From a bacterium (lineage in GTDB: Bacteria; Krumholzibacteriota; Krumholzibacteriia; G020349025): 64,000 bases of DNA. The notes beneath the pieces are model-generated. The model was not told the DNA's origin. It saw nothing but the letters and a program-made list of their open reading frames with translations, and made no database searches. Positions within the stretch are counted from its first letter, which is position 1. Each line of letters starts with the position of its first letter. A program made the position numbers and the translations under genes. Of the stretch, positions 38,726-47,215 are shown in pieces. The stretch spans positions 32,524 through 96,523 of the forward strand of contig JANLSU010000001.1 of assembly GCA_031362565.1 (NCBI GenBank), given 5' to 3'.

Positions 38726-38983
38726 CCGACCCACATTCGTCCATGCGCGTCGAGCGTCGGGACGCTCGCGTGCTGCGACGTCCGTGCGCCTGTGCCGCGC
38801 CGGCTTGGTGCGACGGATGAAGAATCGGGTCGGAGCTGCGGAGCCGTGCACGGCATGCCCCCGTCTGGCCTTGGAACGCAGGGGGGTGCGTACTCTCCCA
38901 ATCTAAGCTCCAGACTGCACGAGCGCCAGACGGGCGATTCCCCCTGACGGCGCCTTGTTGCCAAACCGACCGCATCTTTCCCC

Positions 38984-38998
38984 TGGCACGCGCTTTGC
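38984..38998 (+). promoter_or_regulatory. Sigma-54 -24/-12 promoter
   Basis: TGGCACGCGCTTTGC, about 95 nt upstream of the ATG at 39093. Confidence 0.75.
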
Positions 38999-39092
38999 GA
39001 GTCAGAAGCGCTGCTTCGCCCCGATGCAATCACGACGAGGGGCAATGTTCCTCGTGGGTGAGCAGAAGTCTTGGAAGACGGGGTGGTCATCG

Positions 39093-40310
39093 ATGAACGG
39101 ATCGCGCGCGGGCAGGAATTGGGGGCCGCACGGTGTGGCGGCGATCGCAAGCTCCTTCGTCGTTCTGGCAGGAGTTGGAATCGGCGCTTACTTCTTGGGT
39201 TTGCATGGCGCGGCGCATGTGCCGGGCCGCGATCTCGGGATTCTCGCTGCAGCCATCGCCGCGGTCGCGGTCGCAGCGCACTTCGCGGTTGCGACGGCGG
39301 TACGGCAAGCGGGCGGCGCAACGATGCGGAAGCTCCTTGGACGCGCCCTCGACGTCGATCCGACCGACTCGGAAGCGCTCGTACCGTTCGCTGCGGTGCC
39401 GCCGCTTCGCGACCTGGTCGGCATGTGGATCGGCGAAAAACATCAGACCCGCGAGCTCAGTGACCGTCTCGAATCGCTACGTGGTGAGATCGACGGCTTG
39501 CTCGACGGCATGAATCGCAGCGCCCAGGATCTCGGGCGCCTGCGAACCGAAAACATGAGTCCAATTGGTGTGCAGTTCATCGGGCTTTGGAATGTCATGG
39601 TCGAGCGGATCAAGACGGCGGAAGAGCGGGACGCCGGCGGCGATGCCGGCAGCACCTCGGGCTCGAATGTGGCTCCCGAAGTTCGCACGCTGGTCGCGCG
39701 GCTCGATGAACTCGAGTCGGAGCTCGACCGCCTTCGGGACCGCGTTCAGGAGCCCATCGTGGACGTCGGGACGCTGTCTGCGGGTCTCGAGCGCAGCGGG
39801 CCGGCCGTGCCGATGTTCGCGCCGGAATCCGACGAGGACGATCTGCTCGTGAGCCTCGATGTCGAAGCCGACGACTCGTCGATCGAGTCGGAATTGGACG
39901 CCGTGACGCTCGAGCCCGAAGTGGACGACGTGAATGCCGCCTCTCACTGGGGCGAAGTGCAAGTCGTCGAACCGATGCCGAACGCTCGCCTGTGGCAGCC
40001 GGCCGCCGACCCCGAGCGTCCGCTGCGCGAACCGTTCCAGGTCGAAGCACTGCAGCCGCCGGCCCGCAGGACCGGCGACCCTGCTGCCGCGTCGCCGCCG
40101 GGCACGATGCGTTTCGAGGACCTCGATTTTCCGCACTTCGTCGGCAAACCCGTCCGTCCGCTCCCGGAGCGGCTCGCAATGACCTACGAGGCCCAGCCGA
40201 GCGAGGACGTGACGGAACTGCCCGGCAATGCCCTGCTGTTCGATGACGATCCGCTGCCACCGCAGCACGAGATCGACTTGGGCGGAGCCCGAGCCCGGGA
40301 GGATCGTTGA
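39093..40310 (+). CDS. Membrane-anchored coiled-coil protein, possible chemoreceptor remnant with acidic/Pro-rich tail
   Basis: Two adjacent TMs, HAMP-like/coiled-coil segment (...GLWNVMVERI), no MCP signalling hairpin; stop overlaps the next start. Confidence 0.6.
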   Translation: MNGSRAGRNWGPHGVAAIASSFVVLAGVGIGAYFLGLHGAAHVPGRDLGILAAAIAAVAVAAHFAVATAVRQAGGATMRKLLGRALDVDPTDSEALVPFAAVPPLRDLVGMWIGEKHQTRELSDRLESLRGEIDGLLDGMNRSAQDLGRLRTENMSPIGVQFIGLWNVMVERIKTAEERDAGGDAGSTSGSNVAPEVRTLVARLDELESELDRLRDRVQEPIVDVGTLSAGLERSGPAVPMFAPESDEDDLLVSLDVEADDSSIESELDAVTLEPEVDDVNAASHWGEVQVVEPMPNARLWQPAADPERPLREPFQVEALQPPARRTGDPAAASPPGTMRFEDLDFPHFVGKPVRPLPERLAMTYEAQPSEDVTELPGNALLFDDDPLPPQHEIDLGGARAREDR

Positions 40311-42199
40311 GCACGACGCGTGAATCTGGTGATGTCGTTGCGATCGCGGCCCAGGTCGAAGAGCACGTCGGCGCTCTGACGGCCGTGCTTGCGGCCGGCA
40401 TGCCGCCGTCTCTGCACGTCGTGAAGCAAGCGATGGTGTCGACACGCGCGCTGCGCGGCAGCGCTTTGCTCGCCGGATTCGATCCCTTCCAGTCGTTTCT
40501 GGGACGCGTGTTCCAACTCCTGGAGCACGTCGATTCGGGCGTGTTGCCATGGTCCACGCGTCTGACGACGCTGCTCGAAGGCGTGATCGCCATCGAGACA
40601 CATGCGATCGCGCAGCTCGAACGGGGCGCGGCGCCGGTGGACACGGCCGGCGTCGAAGCGTTCGAGGCGGCGGTTGCGGCATTGCATGGCACGCCGGCAC
40701 CCGCTCCGGATGCCGACGCCGCGACGAACCTCGATGCGGTGCCGGCCGGGCCGCCCGCGCCCGAGGTCGAGGCGGCGCTCCAGCAAATCCAGTTGCTGCG
40801 CCAGGCGCTTGCGACCCAGGCGCTTCCGGTCGCGGCACGGAATGGCAGTCTCGCGACTCTCGAACGCGAAATTGCGATGCTTCAAGAAGCGATTCGCGCT
40901 CCGCACACCAGTCCCCCCGAGGACCTGAAATCGCCGCAAGAGGGCCTCAGGAACCACTGTGAGGGCGCACTGCGCAATCTGGTGGAAGCAGCGGCACAAG
41001 AGGTGCTGGAAGAGGCACGAGAGCGCGGTTTGCGTCTGGCGATGCGAATCACGGGCGCTCTGGACCCGGTGGACGACGATCTGGGCGCGGCGCTCCTCGA
41101 GTTGCTCGCGTACTTCTGGTCCGATGCGCTCGACGCGCAGGCGGCCCAGGGTGGGGCCGAGATCGACACCGTGCTGCGGAGCGCCGAGGATCGCCTGATC
41201 GTGGAATTCCGCGACGTGGCGGTCGGCGAAACGAGCTGGCGCGGTGCATCGCCGGACGACGACGTGCTGGGGCGCTACGCGGGATTGCGCCGTTCGCGGC
41301 CGCTCGTCGAGTCGCTGCACGGGATGGTGGAGGTCGAGCCGGCGTACGCGGCAGGCTGCCGTTTTCGCCTCTCCCTGCCGCTGTCGACGCTCCGTCCGCA
41401 CGCCATGGTGCTGCGGGTGGGACGCCACGAAATCGCGGTCGCATCGTCGTCGATCGCGGGAGTGTACGAAGCGCAGTCCCTGCGCGCGGACTTCGACGCC
41501 GCGGGGGCGTTCGTCGAAGTCGGTGGAATGCGAGTGCCGATTCTGCACCTCGCGTTCGCGCTGCACGACGTGGGATACGACGAACTCGTGCGCGAGCACG
41601 TGGTGGTCGTCGGGAGCTTCGAGCGGCGGGCGGCGATCTTTGCATCGCAAGCTCACCGCTCGATCGAGGGACGACTGACGCCGGAGGCACAGGGCCTGTG
41701 GGCGGGGACGCTCGAGACGGAACGCGGCATTGTACCGATGCTGCACGTCGGAGCGTTGCTCGGGCGCTGCGGTCCGGCAGAAGTAGTCCCGGCCCCGCCG
41801 CGCGCGCCGCTGGAAGAAGCGGCGCCGCGCGGCCCGGTGCGGGTGTTGCTCGTGGTCGGCGCGGGAGCCGAACGGGAAGCGGTTGCGGCGGCACTGGCGC
41901 TGCCGGGCTGCACGGTGCGGGCAGTCGATACGGTCGACGCGGCATGGACCGCGCTCGAGGCCGAATCCGCTGATCTCGTGGTGTGCGACCTGCGCTTGCC
42001 GGAAATGCACGCGCAGCAGTTCGCTGAACGGCGCCGTGTGAGCGGGCAGTTTCAGGAAGTTCCGATGTTGCTCGTGCTGTCGCACGCAGGCGAGCAGTCG
42101 CACCTCGTGGTGCAACAACTCGGCGCCGCGGAATGGGTCCGCTCGCCGGTGGATGCCGCGGAGATTCTAGAGTCGGTGCGCCGGCTCGTCGCGGTGTGA
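40307..42199 (+). CDS. Degenerate CheA-like hybrid (Hpt-like, HATPase-like, CheW, REC)
   Basis: STRALRGSA (cf. AHTLKGSA), VESLHGMVEV...GCRFRLSLPLS, CheW-like segment (RVPILHL...VPMLHVGAL), REC-like DLVVCDLRLPEM. Confidence 0.75.
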   Translation: MSTTRESGDVVAIAAQVEEHVGALTAVLAAGMPPSLHVVKQAMVSTRALRGSALLAGFDPFQSFLGRVFQLLEHVDSGVLPWSTRLTTLLEGVIAIETHAIAQLERGAAPVDTAGVEAFEAAVAALHGTPAPAPDADAATNLDAVPAGPPAPEVEAALQQIQLLRQALATQALPVAARNGSLATLEREIAMLQEAIRAPHTSPPEDLKSPQEGLRNHCEGALRNLVEAAAQEVLEEARERGLRLAMRITGALDPVDDDLGAALLELLAYFWSDALDAQAAQGGAEIDTVLRSAEDRLIVEFRDVAVGETSWRGASPDDDVLGRYAGLRRSRPLVESLHGMVEVEPAYAAGCRFRLSLPLSTLRPHAMVLRVGRHEIAVASSSIAGVYEAQSLRADFDAAGAFVEVGGMRVPILHLAFALHDVGYDELVREHVVVVGSFERRAAIFASQAHRSIEGRLTPEAQGLWAGTLETERGIVPMLHVGALLGRCGPAEVVPAPPRAPLEEAAPRGPVRVLLVVGAGAEREAVAAALALPGCTVRAVDTVDAAWTALEAESADLVVCDLRLPEMHAQQFAERRRVSGQFQEVPMLLVLSHAGEQSHLVVQQLGAAEWVRSPVDAAEILESVRRLVAV

Positions 42200-42269
42200 G
42201 CGTGCGGGAGACGATCGAGACGACGATCGCAGGGATTGGAATCACACGAACGAGAGGCAGGGGAAGACC

Positions 42270-42494
42270 ATGAGCGACCTGAAGGCGACGGAGTACGCCA
42301 ACATCTACATCGGCGGCGACGAAGGAACGCACGCCGTCATGACCTCGATGGAGGCGGCGGAGTACCTGAAGATGCACGTCAAGACGGTTTGCCGTCTGGC
42401 CAAGGAAGGCAAGATTCCGGCGAAGAAGGTCGGGAGCGAATGGCGCTTCCTGAAGAACGTGCTCGACAAGTGGTTGTCGGAAGAAGTGGGCTGA
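42270..42494 (+). CDS. HTH_17 (excisionase/BldC-like) DNA-binding protein
   Basis: MTSMEAAEYLKMHVKTVCRLAKEGKIPAKKVGSEWRF. Confidence 0.85.
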   Translation: MSDLKATEYANIYIGGDEGTHAVMTSMEAAEYLKMHVKTVCRLAKEGKIPAKKVGSEWRFLKNVLDKWLSEEVG

Positions 42495-42515
42495 TCGAGG
42501 CCGAGGAGAAACCGC

Positions 42516-45017
42516 ATGAGCGGCCAGACGCTGCCGCCGCGGACGCGCTTCACTCGCGTGCCCTGTGACGCTCCTGGAGTCACGATCTTTCAGATCGCGG
42601 GCTCTCTTGGGCCGCGCGCGAAGCCGCAGCTCGTCCGACTGACGCAGGAGTGCCTGCGGCGCAACTTGCCCCGGCTTGTGTTCGACCTTTCCGAGGTCGA
42701 TGCGCTGGGCGGTGGCACCGCACGCTTGCTGAACGAGTTCGCCGCCGAGCGGGCCGGACGCGGTGGTAGGACCGCGTTCCGGGTCACGTCGCGGACGGTG
42801 CGGGGTTTCCTATGCGCCGATCCCCACCTCTTGCCGCCACCGCTGGTCGCGAGCATCGACGAGGCGATCGCGGCGGTTGTCGAGGGGAACGAAAGCGGCC
42901 GTGGCAGGCCGGCACCGGCGCCACGCGTCGTCTCGGTGAGACGGTCGAATGCGCCGGACGGCGCCTTCACGTCACGCAAGGGGCGCGCGGAGTCGGAACC
43001 GTCCGCAGCCCCGCGCCGGCCGGCACCGATGGAGACCTCGCGGGCCGCAGAGCCGCCGCGCCCGCCGGAATCAACGCGGGTGGCGGAGCCGTCACGTCGC
43101 AACCCACCGCCGCGTCCTGCAGAACCGTCGCCGCGCCGCAACACGGCCGCGCCGGAGCGCTTTGGGCGCGAGTTGTTTCTTCCCGAAGAAGAAGAGCCCG
43201 AGGCCATGAAGCCGCCGGCGCGGCGCAATGGCGGAGCCGCGCGCGCCGAAGAGTCGTCGCGTACCACGACCGCCGCACAGCAATTGCGCGAGCGCTTGCA
43301 ACGCGCCTTGCGCGACCGGGGCGTCGCATCGCGGCTGTTCTTCTTCGAGCGCGACAGCGACGGCCGTTTCTATCTGGTCACGCGCCACGGCGCCGACCGT
43401 GAGCGCGCTTTCGAAGGCGCCGGCGCGCTGGCGGCGACGCTCTTCGCGAGCCGCGTGCCGACGTTCCTGATCGATATCGATCCCGATGCCGTCAGCGAGG
43501 CCGAGATCGAACTGCTGAGCGAACTCAACTGCGAAATCGCAGTGCCGGTGGGCAACGGAACGCCGCCGCCCTACGCGGTGTTCCTGTCCAAAGAAAATCC
43601 CGGCGACGAGTATTCCCTGGAAGAATTGCAGGAGCTCGATGAGATCCTGCGTGCGACGACCCCGCGGCCGAGCCTGATGGACGACGACGTCGAGGAGCCG
43701 CAACGCGCGCCACTCATGGCCCCGGCAGTCGATGCCGAGCTGCGTAGCCTGTTCGGCGACGATGGCGGCGAGTTACCCCCGGAGCCCTCCGGGTCGCTCC
43801 CCGATTCCGCCGACGATTTCCTGATGCACGAGCCCAACCGCCCGGCGCCGATTCGCGTCGTCGATCACGCGCCCGGTGCGCCGCCGCGCGGTGCTTCACC
43901 CGACCAGGTGCGCGTCCTGCGGCGGTCGGTGGCGCAGATGCGCGACATCCTAAGCCTGACCCACGACTTCGACGCCGCCTTCGGCACGTCCAAGTTGCTC
44001 GAAGTGCTCGTGCTCTCCGTGGTCTCGGTGGGTCGCGTCGAGACCGTGCTCTTCTTCGCGCAGCAGGACGGCAACTATGTGCTGACGCACCACCGCGGCT
44101 TGTCGCATGACGCGGTCGCCGGGCTGCGACTGCGCACCGATTCGACCCTGGTGCAGCGTGCCATCGCTTCGGGTTCCGGGGTCGAGATCGCCGATTCGGC
44201 ACAGATCACCGAAGAAGAACGCATCTGGGCCCGCCAACATGGCCTGCAGTTCGCGGTACCATTCCGGTACGAGGACGAGATTTTGGGCGTCCTCATTCTG
44301 GGCGCCAGCGCCGACGAGGCGCCGCCGGACCTCGAGATGCTCGGTTGGCTGCTCGGCCAGGCGGCCCTGGCGTACGACCGGGCGCGCTTGTACGAGACAT
44401 TGCAGGACCGCACCCTGGGCGTCGTGCGCGGCCTCATCACGCTCATCGAATCGCGCAATGCCTTCGACTGCGGCTCCACAGAACAGGTCGTACGCTACGC
44501 GCAGGCTCTGGCGCGCGAACTACAGTTTCCCCAGGAGCAACTGCGCGACCTCATCTATGGCGCCGTTCTGCGCGATGTCGGAATGCTGAAGATCAGCGAA
44601 GCGTTGCTGCGTTCGTCGTCCGATCTCACGGCCGATCAGTGGGAGACGATCCGGCAGCACCCGCAAGAGGGCGCCTCGATCATGCGCCAGATGCGTTTCG
44701 GACCCGTCGCGGTGGATGTCGTGCTGCACCACCACGAGACCTACAACGGCGAAGGTTATCCGATGGGTTTGCGCGGCCGGGCCATCCCGCTCGGGGCGCG
44801 CATCGTCGCGGTCGCCGAATCGTACGTCAAGATGACAATGGACCGGCCGTATCGCAAAGCTCTCGGCAAACCGGAAGCTCTCGAGAGCTTGGCGGAGAAC
44901 TGGGGATTGCGCTACGACCCGCTCGTCGTCGACGCACTCGTGCGGGTGGTGAACCGGGAACTCAGCTTGGGTCTCAAAACCGACCGGGATTTGACCAAGG
45001 ACTTATTCGGTGTCTGA
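42516..45017 (+). CDS. STAS + Pro-rich linker + GAF + degenerate HD-GYP protein
   Basis: STAS-like LVFDLSEVDAL; GAF (FAVPF...ILGVLILG); HD-GYP with LRDVG in place of LHDIG; HHETYNGEGYP and RPYRKA retained. Confidence 0.8.
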   Translation: MSGQTLPPRTRFTRVPCDAPGVTIFQIAGSLGPRAKPQLVRLTQECLRRNLPRLVFDLSEVDALGGGTARLLNEFAAERAGRGGRTAFRVTSRTVRGFLCADPHLLPPPLVASIDEAIAAVVEGNESGRGRPAPAPRVVSVRRSNAPDGAFTSRKGRAESEPSAAPRRPAPMETSRAAEPPRPPESTRVAEPSRRNPPPRPAEPSPRRNTAAPERFGRELFLPEEEEPEAMKPPARRNGGAARAEESSRTTTAAQQLRERLQRALRDRGVASRLFFFERDSDGRFYLVTRHGADRERAFEGAGALAATLFASRVPTFLIDIDPDAVSEAEIELLSELNCEIAVPVGNGTPPPYAVFLSKENPGDEYSLEELQELDEILRATTPRPSLMDDDVEEPQRAPLMAPAVDAELRSLFGDDGGELPPEPSGSLPDSADDFLMHEPNRPAPIRVVDHAPGAPPRGASPDQVRVLRRSVAQMRDILSLTHDFDAAFGTSKLLEVLVLSVVSVGRVETVLFFAQQDGNYVLTHHRGLSHDAVAGLRLRTDSTLVQRAIASGSGVEIADSAQITEEERIWARQHGLQFAVPFRYEDEILGVLILGASADEAPPDLEMLGWLLGQAALAYDRARLYETLQDRTLGVVRGLITLIESRNAFDCGSTEQVVRYAQALARELQFPQEQLRDLIYGAVLRDVGMLKISEALLRSSSDLTADQWETIRQHPQEGASIMRQMRFGPVAVDVVLHHHETYNGEGYPMGLRGRAIPLGARIVAVAESYVKMTMDRPYRKALGKPEALESLAENWGLRYDPLVVDALVRVVNRELSLGLKTDRDLTKDLFGV

Positions 45018-46950
45018 TACGAAGCTGACTTTGGGCCCTGAAGACGCAGCCCCGTCGTGTCCGCACGACGAGATGGAGCCCTATTGGGCCGGATCGCCGA
45101 TGGCGGATTCGTTCGCGCCGGGCATGCTCGACGAGGCGCATCTCGATGCGCCGCACCTGGCCGACGAGACGCCGTGGCGCGGCCGCGCCGGCCATGCGCC
45201 GGACCCCAGCCGCACCGGATCAAAGCATCGCCACGCCGCCGAACCGGGATCGCCGGAGGCGCGGGCGGAGGCGCAGCAGTTTCGCATTGCGACCGCCGAA
45301 GGCGAAGCCCGGGCCCAAGAGGCACGCCGCCGCCAGGTGGAAGCTCAACGCGCCGCGCAAGAAACCCGCGCTTCGGTCGAGCACGTCGTTGCCAATGCCG
45401 ACGCGGTGCAGCAGATCGCCGACGACATGGGCACGCCGCGTGTTCTCGTCGTGCATCCAAGCCCGACGACGCGCCGCCAGGTGGCGCAGGCGCTCGGTGA
45501 ACTCGGCTTCGAGGTTACGACCTGTGTCGAAATCGAACAGGCGCTCTTGCACGTGCAGCAGGAACGCCCCGACGCCGTCGTCTCGGAAACCGGTTTACCG
45601 GACATCGACGCGCTCGCGCTCTGCCGGTCGGTCGGCGAACGAGCCTCCGGAACCCCGGTGCTCTTGGTTGCACCGGGCGACGACGAGGCCCATTACAGTC
45701 TGGCGATGGAGGCGGGTGCGGCCGAATACTTGCGCCGTCCGCTGACGCCGCAGTTCATGGGCGAACGCCTGCGGGTCGCGATTCGCAAGGCGCGCGCCGC
45801 GCGTGCCGGCCGGGTTGGCGTCGACGCGGTGGCCGCGGGCGATGCCGCGTTCGCCGACCGCCAACTGCGCCGCCAGGAGCTCAAGATCCAATCGCTCTTC
45901 GAGCTATCGCGCAACGTCGTCGGCTGTCTTGAACTCGACGACTTGTACCAAGGTTTTCTGCTCACTGCGATGGGCCAGCTCGGACTCGGAGCCGGCGTCC
46001 TCTACCACCTGGATGGCGGCAGAGGCGATCGCATCGTCGAAATCGTCAGCCGTGGCATTCCGCGCGCCGAGGCGCAAACCCTGCTCGATTTCCGGTCGGG
46101 GCTCGGGATGTTCCTGCTGAAGTCGCCGCATCCGGTGCTCCTCGAACCGGACTGCTGTCCGGTGGATTTGCGCTTCGAAGTCGACCGGCTGCGCGAAGCG
46201 GGGCTCGCGGTCGCGTGTCCGATGGCCTCGAAGGGGCAATCGGTGGGCGTCGCGCTCTTCGGGGGCCGCGTTTCCGGTCTCGGCTTCGGTGCCGACGATT
46301 TGCTGCTGCTCGCCGCAATCTGCAATTTCGCCGGGCCGGCGCTCGACAGCGCGCGGTTGTACACCGAACTGCACCTCACGTATCTGTCCACCGTACGGGC
46401 CTTCGTCTCGTCGCTCGAGGCCAAGGACGCCTACACGCGCGGCCACTCGGAGCGGGTCGCCGACTACGCGCGGGTCTTGGCTCAGAGCTGCGGTTTCAAG
46501 CGCCACGATCTCGACATGGTGGTCTTCGGCGGCATGCTGCACGACATCGGCAAGATCGGCGTCGCGGAGGGCATTCTCAACAAGCCCGGCCCGCTCACTC
46601 CGGACGAGTGGCGCGTGGTGCGCGGGCATCCCGAAATGGGCGCCCGTATCGTCAGCCACATCGAATACCTGGCGCCGGCCATACCGATGATCTTGCACCA
46701 CCACGAACGCATCGACGGACGCGGCTATCCGCACGGACTGACCGGCGACGATATCGAACTCGGCGCGCGCATCGTAACCGTGGTCGACAGCTTCGACGCG
46801 ATGACGACGCACCGGCCGTACCGGCGGGCGATGAACACCGAACAGGCGTCCAAGCTTCTGAAGGCACACGCGGGCCGCCAGTTCGATGCCCAAGTCGTCG
46901 CCTCGTTCCTGCAACTGCTCGAATCCGGCGCCGTCACCCTCAAAGACTGA
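45010..46950 (+). CDS. Atypical REC + GAF + intact HD-GYP cyclic-dinucleotide phosphodiesterase
   Basis: KDAYTRGHSERV, LHDIGKIG, HPEMG, HHHERIDGRGYP, DSFDAMT..RPYR; REC has PDAVVSETGLP (D replaced by E); start uncertain. Confidence 0.85.
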   Translation: MSDTKLTLGPEDAAPSCPHDEMEPYWAGSPMADSFAPGMLDEAHLDAPHLADETPWRGRAGHAPDPSRTGSKHRHAAEPGSPEARAEAQQFRIATAEGEARAQEARRRQVEAQRAAQETRASVEHVVANADAVQQIADDMGTPRVLVVHPSPTTRRQVAQALGELGFEVTTCVEIEQALLHVQQERPDAVVSETGLPDIDALALCRSVGERASGTPVLLVAPGDDEAHYSLAMEAGAAEYLRRPLTPQFMGERLRVAIRKARAARAGRVGVDAVAAGDAAFADRQLRRQELKIQSLFELSRNVVGCLELDDLYQGFLLTAMGQLGLGAGVLYHLDGGRGDRIVEIVSRGIPRAEAQTLLDFRSGLGMFLLKSPHPVLLEPDCCPVDLRFEVDRLREAGLAVACPMASKGQSVGVALFGGRVSGLGFGADDLLLLAAICNFAGPALDSARLYTELHLTYLSTVRAFVSSLEAKDAYTRGHSERVADYARVLAQSCGFKRHDLDMVVFGGMLHDIGKIGVAEGILNKPGPLTPDEWRVVRGHPEMGARIVSHIEYLAPAIPMILHHHERIDGRGYPHGLTGDDIELGARIVTVVDSFDAMTTHRPYRRAMNTEQASKLLKAHAGRQFDAQVVASFLQLLESGAVTLKD

Positions 46951-47053
46951 GACGGGTGCTTTCGCCCGGCGCCCGATGGCGCCGATCCGTCCCGCTCCCT
47001 TTTCGGACATACCGCTACCCCGTCCGCGTTGATTCCCCCAATCCATTGTGATT

Positions 47054-47096
47054 GTGTAAATTACACTCGCATCCGGGTGCCTGATCGGCTTACAAT
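47054..47096 (+). promoter_or_regulatory. AT-rich palindromic operator candidate plus -10-like element
   Basis: GTGTAA-A-TTACAC (47054-47066) and TACAAT (47091-47096) upstream of the 47216 gene. Confidence 0.45.
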
Positions 47097-47215
47097 AGAG
47101 ATCGGATCCGCACGCCCGGCGCGCGCCTCCAGCCAAATTCGCCGCCCGTTGCTTCCACGGCGCTCTTCCACTGTTGAACGGCATCGCTCGCCGCTCGCCC
47201 CCCTCTGGAGATGTC

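Noticed and set aside
42270..42494. Excisionase as evidence for a prophage or integrative element
   Set aside because: No integrase, att site, tRNA or phage genes nearby; it sits inside a signalling operon, so a regulatory HTH_17 is more plausible
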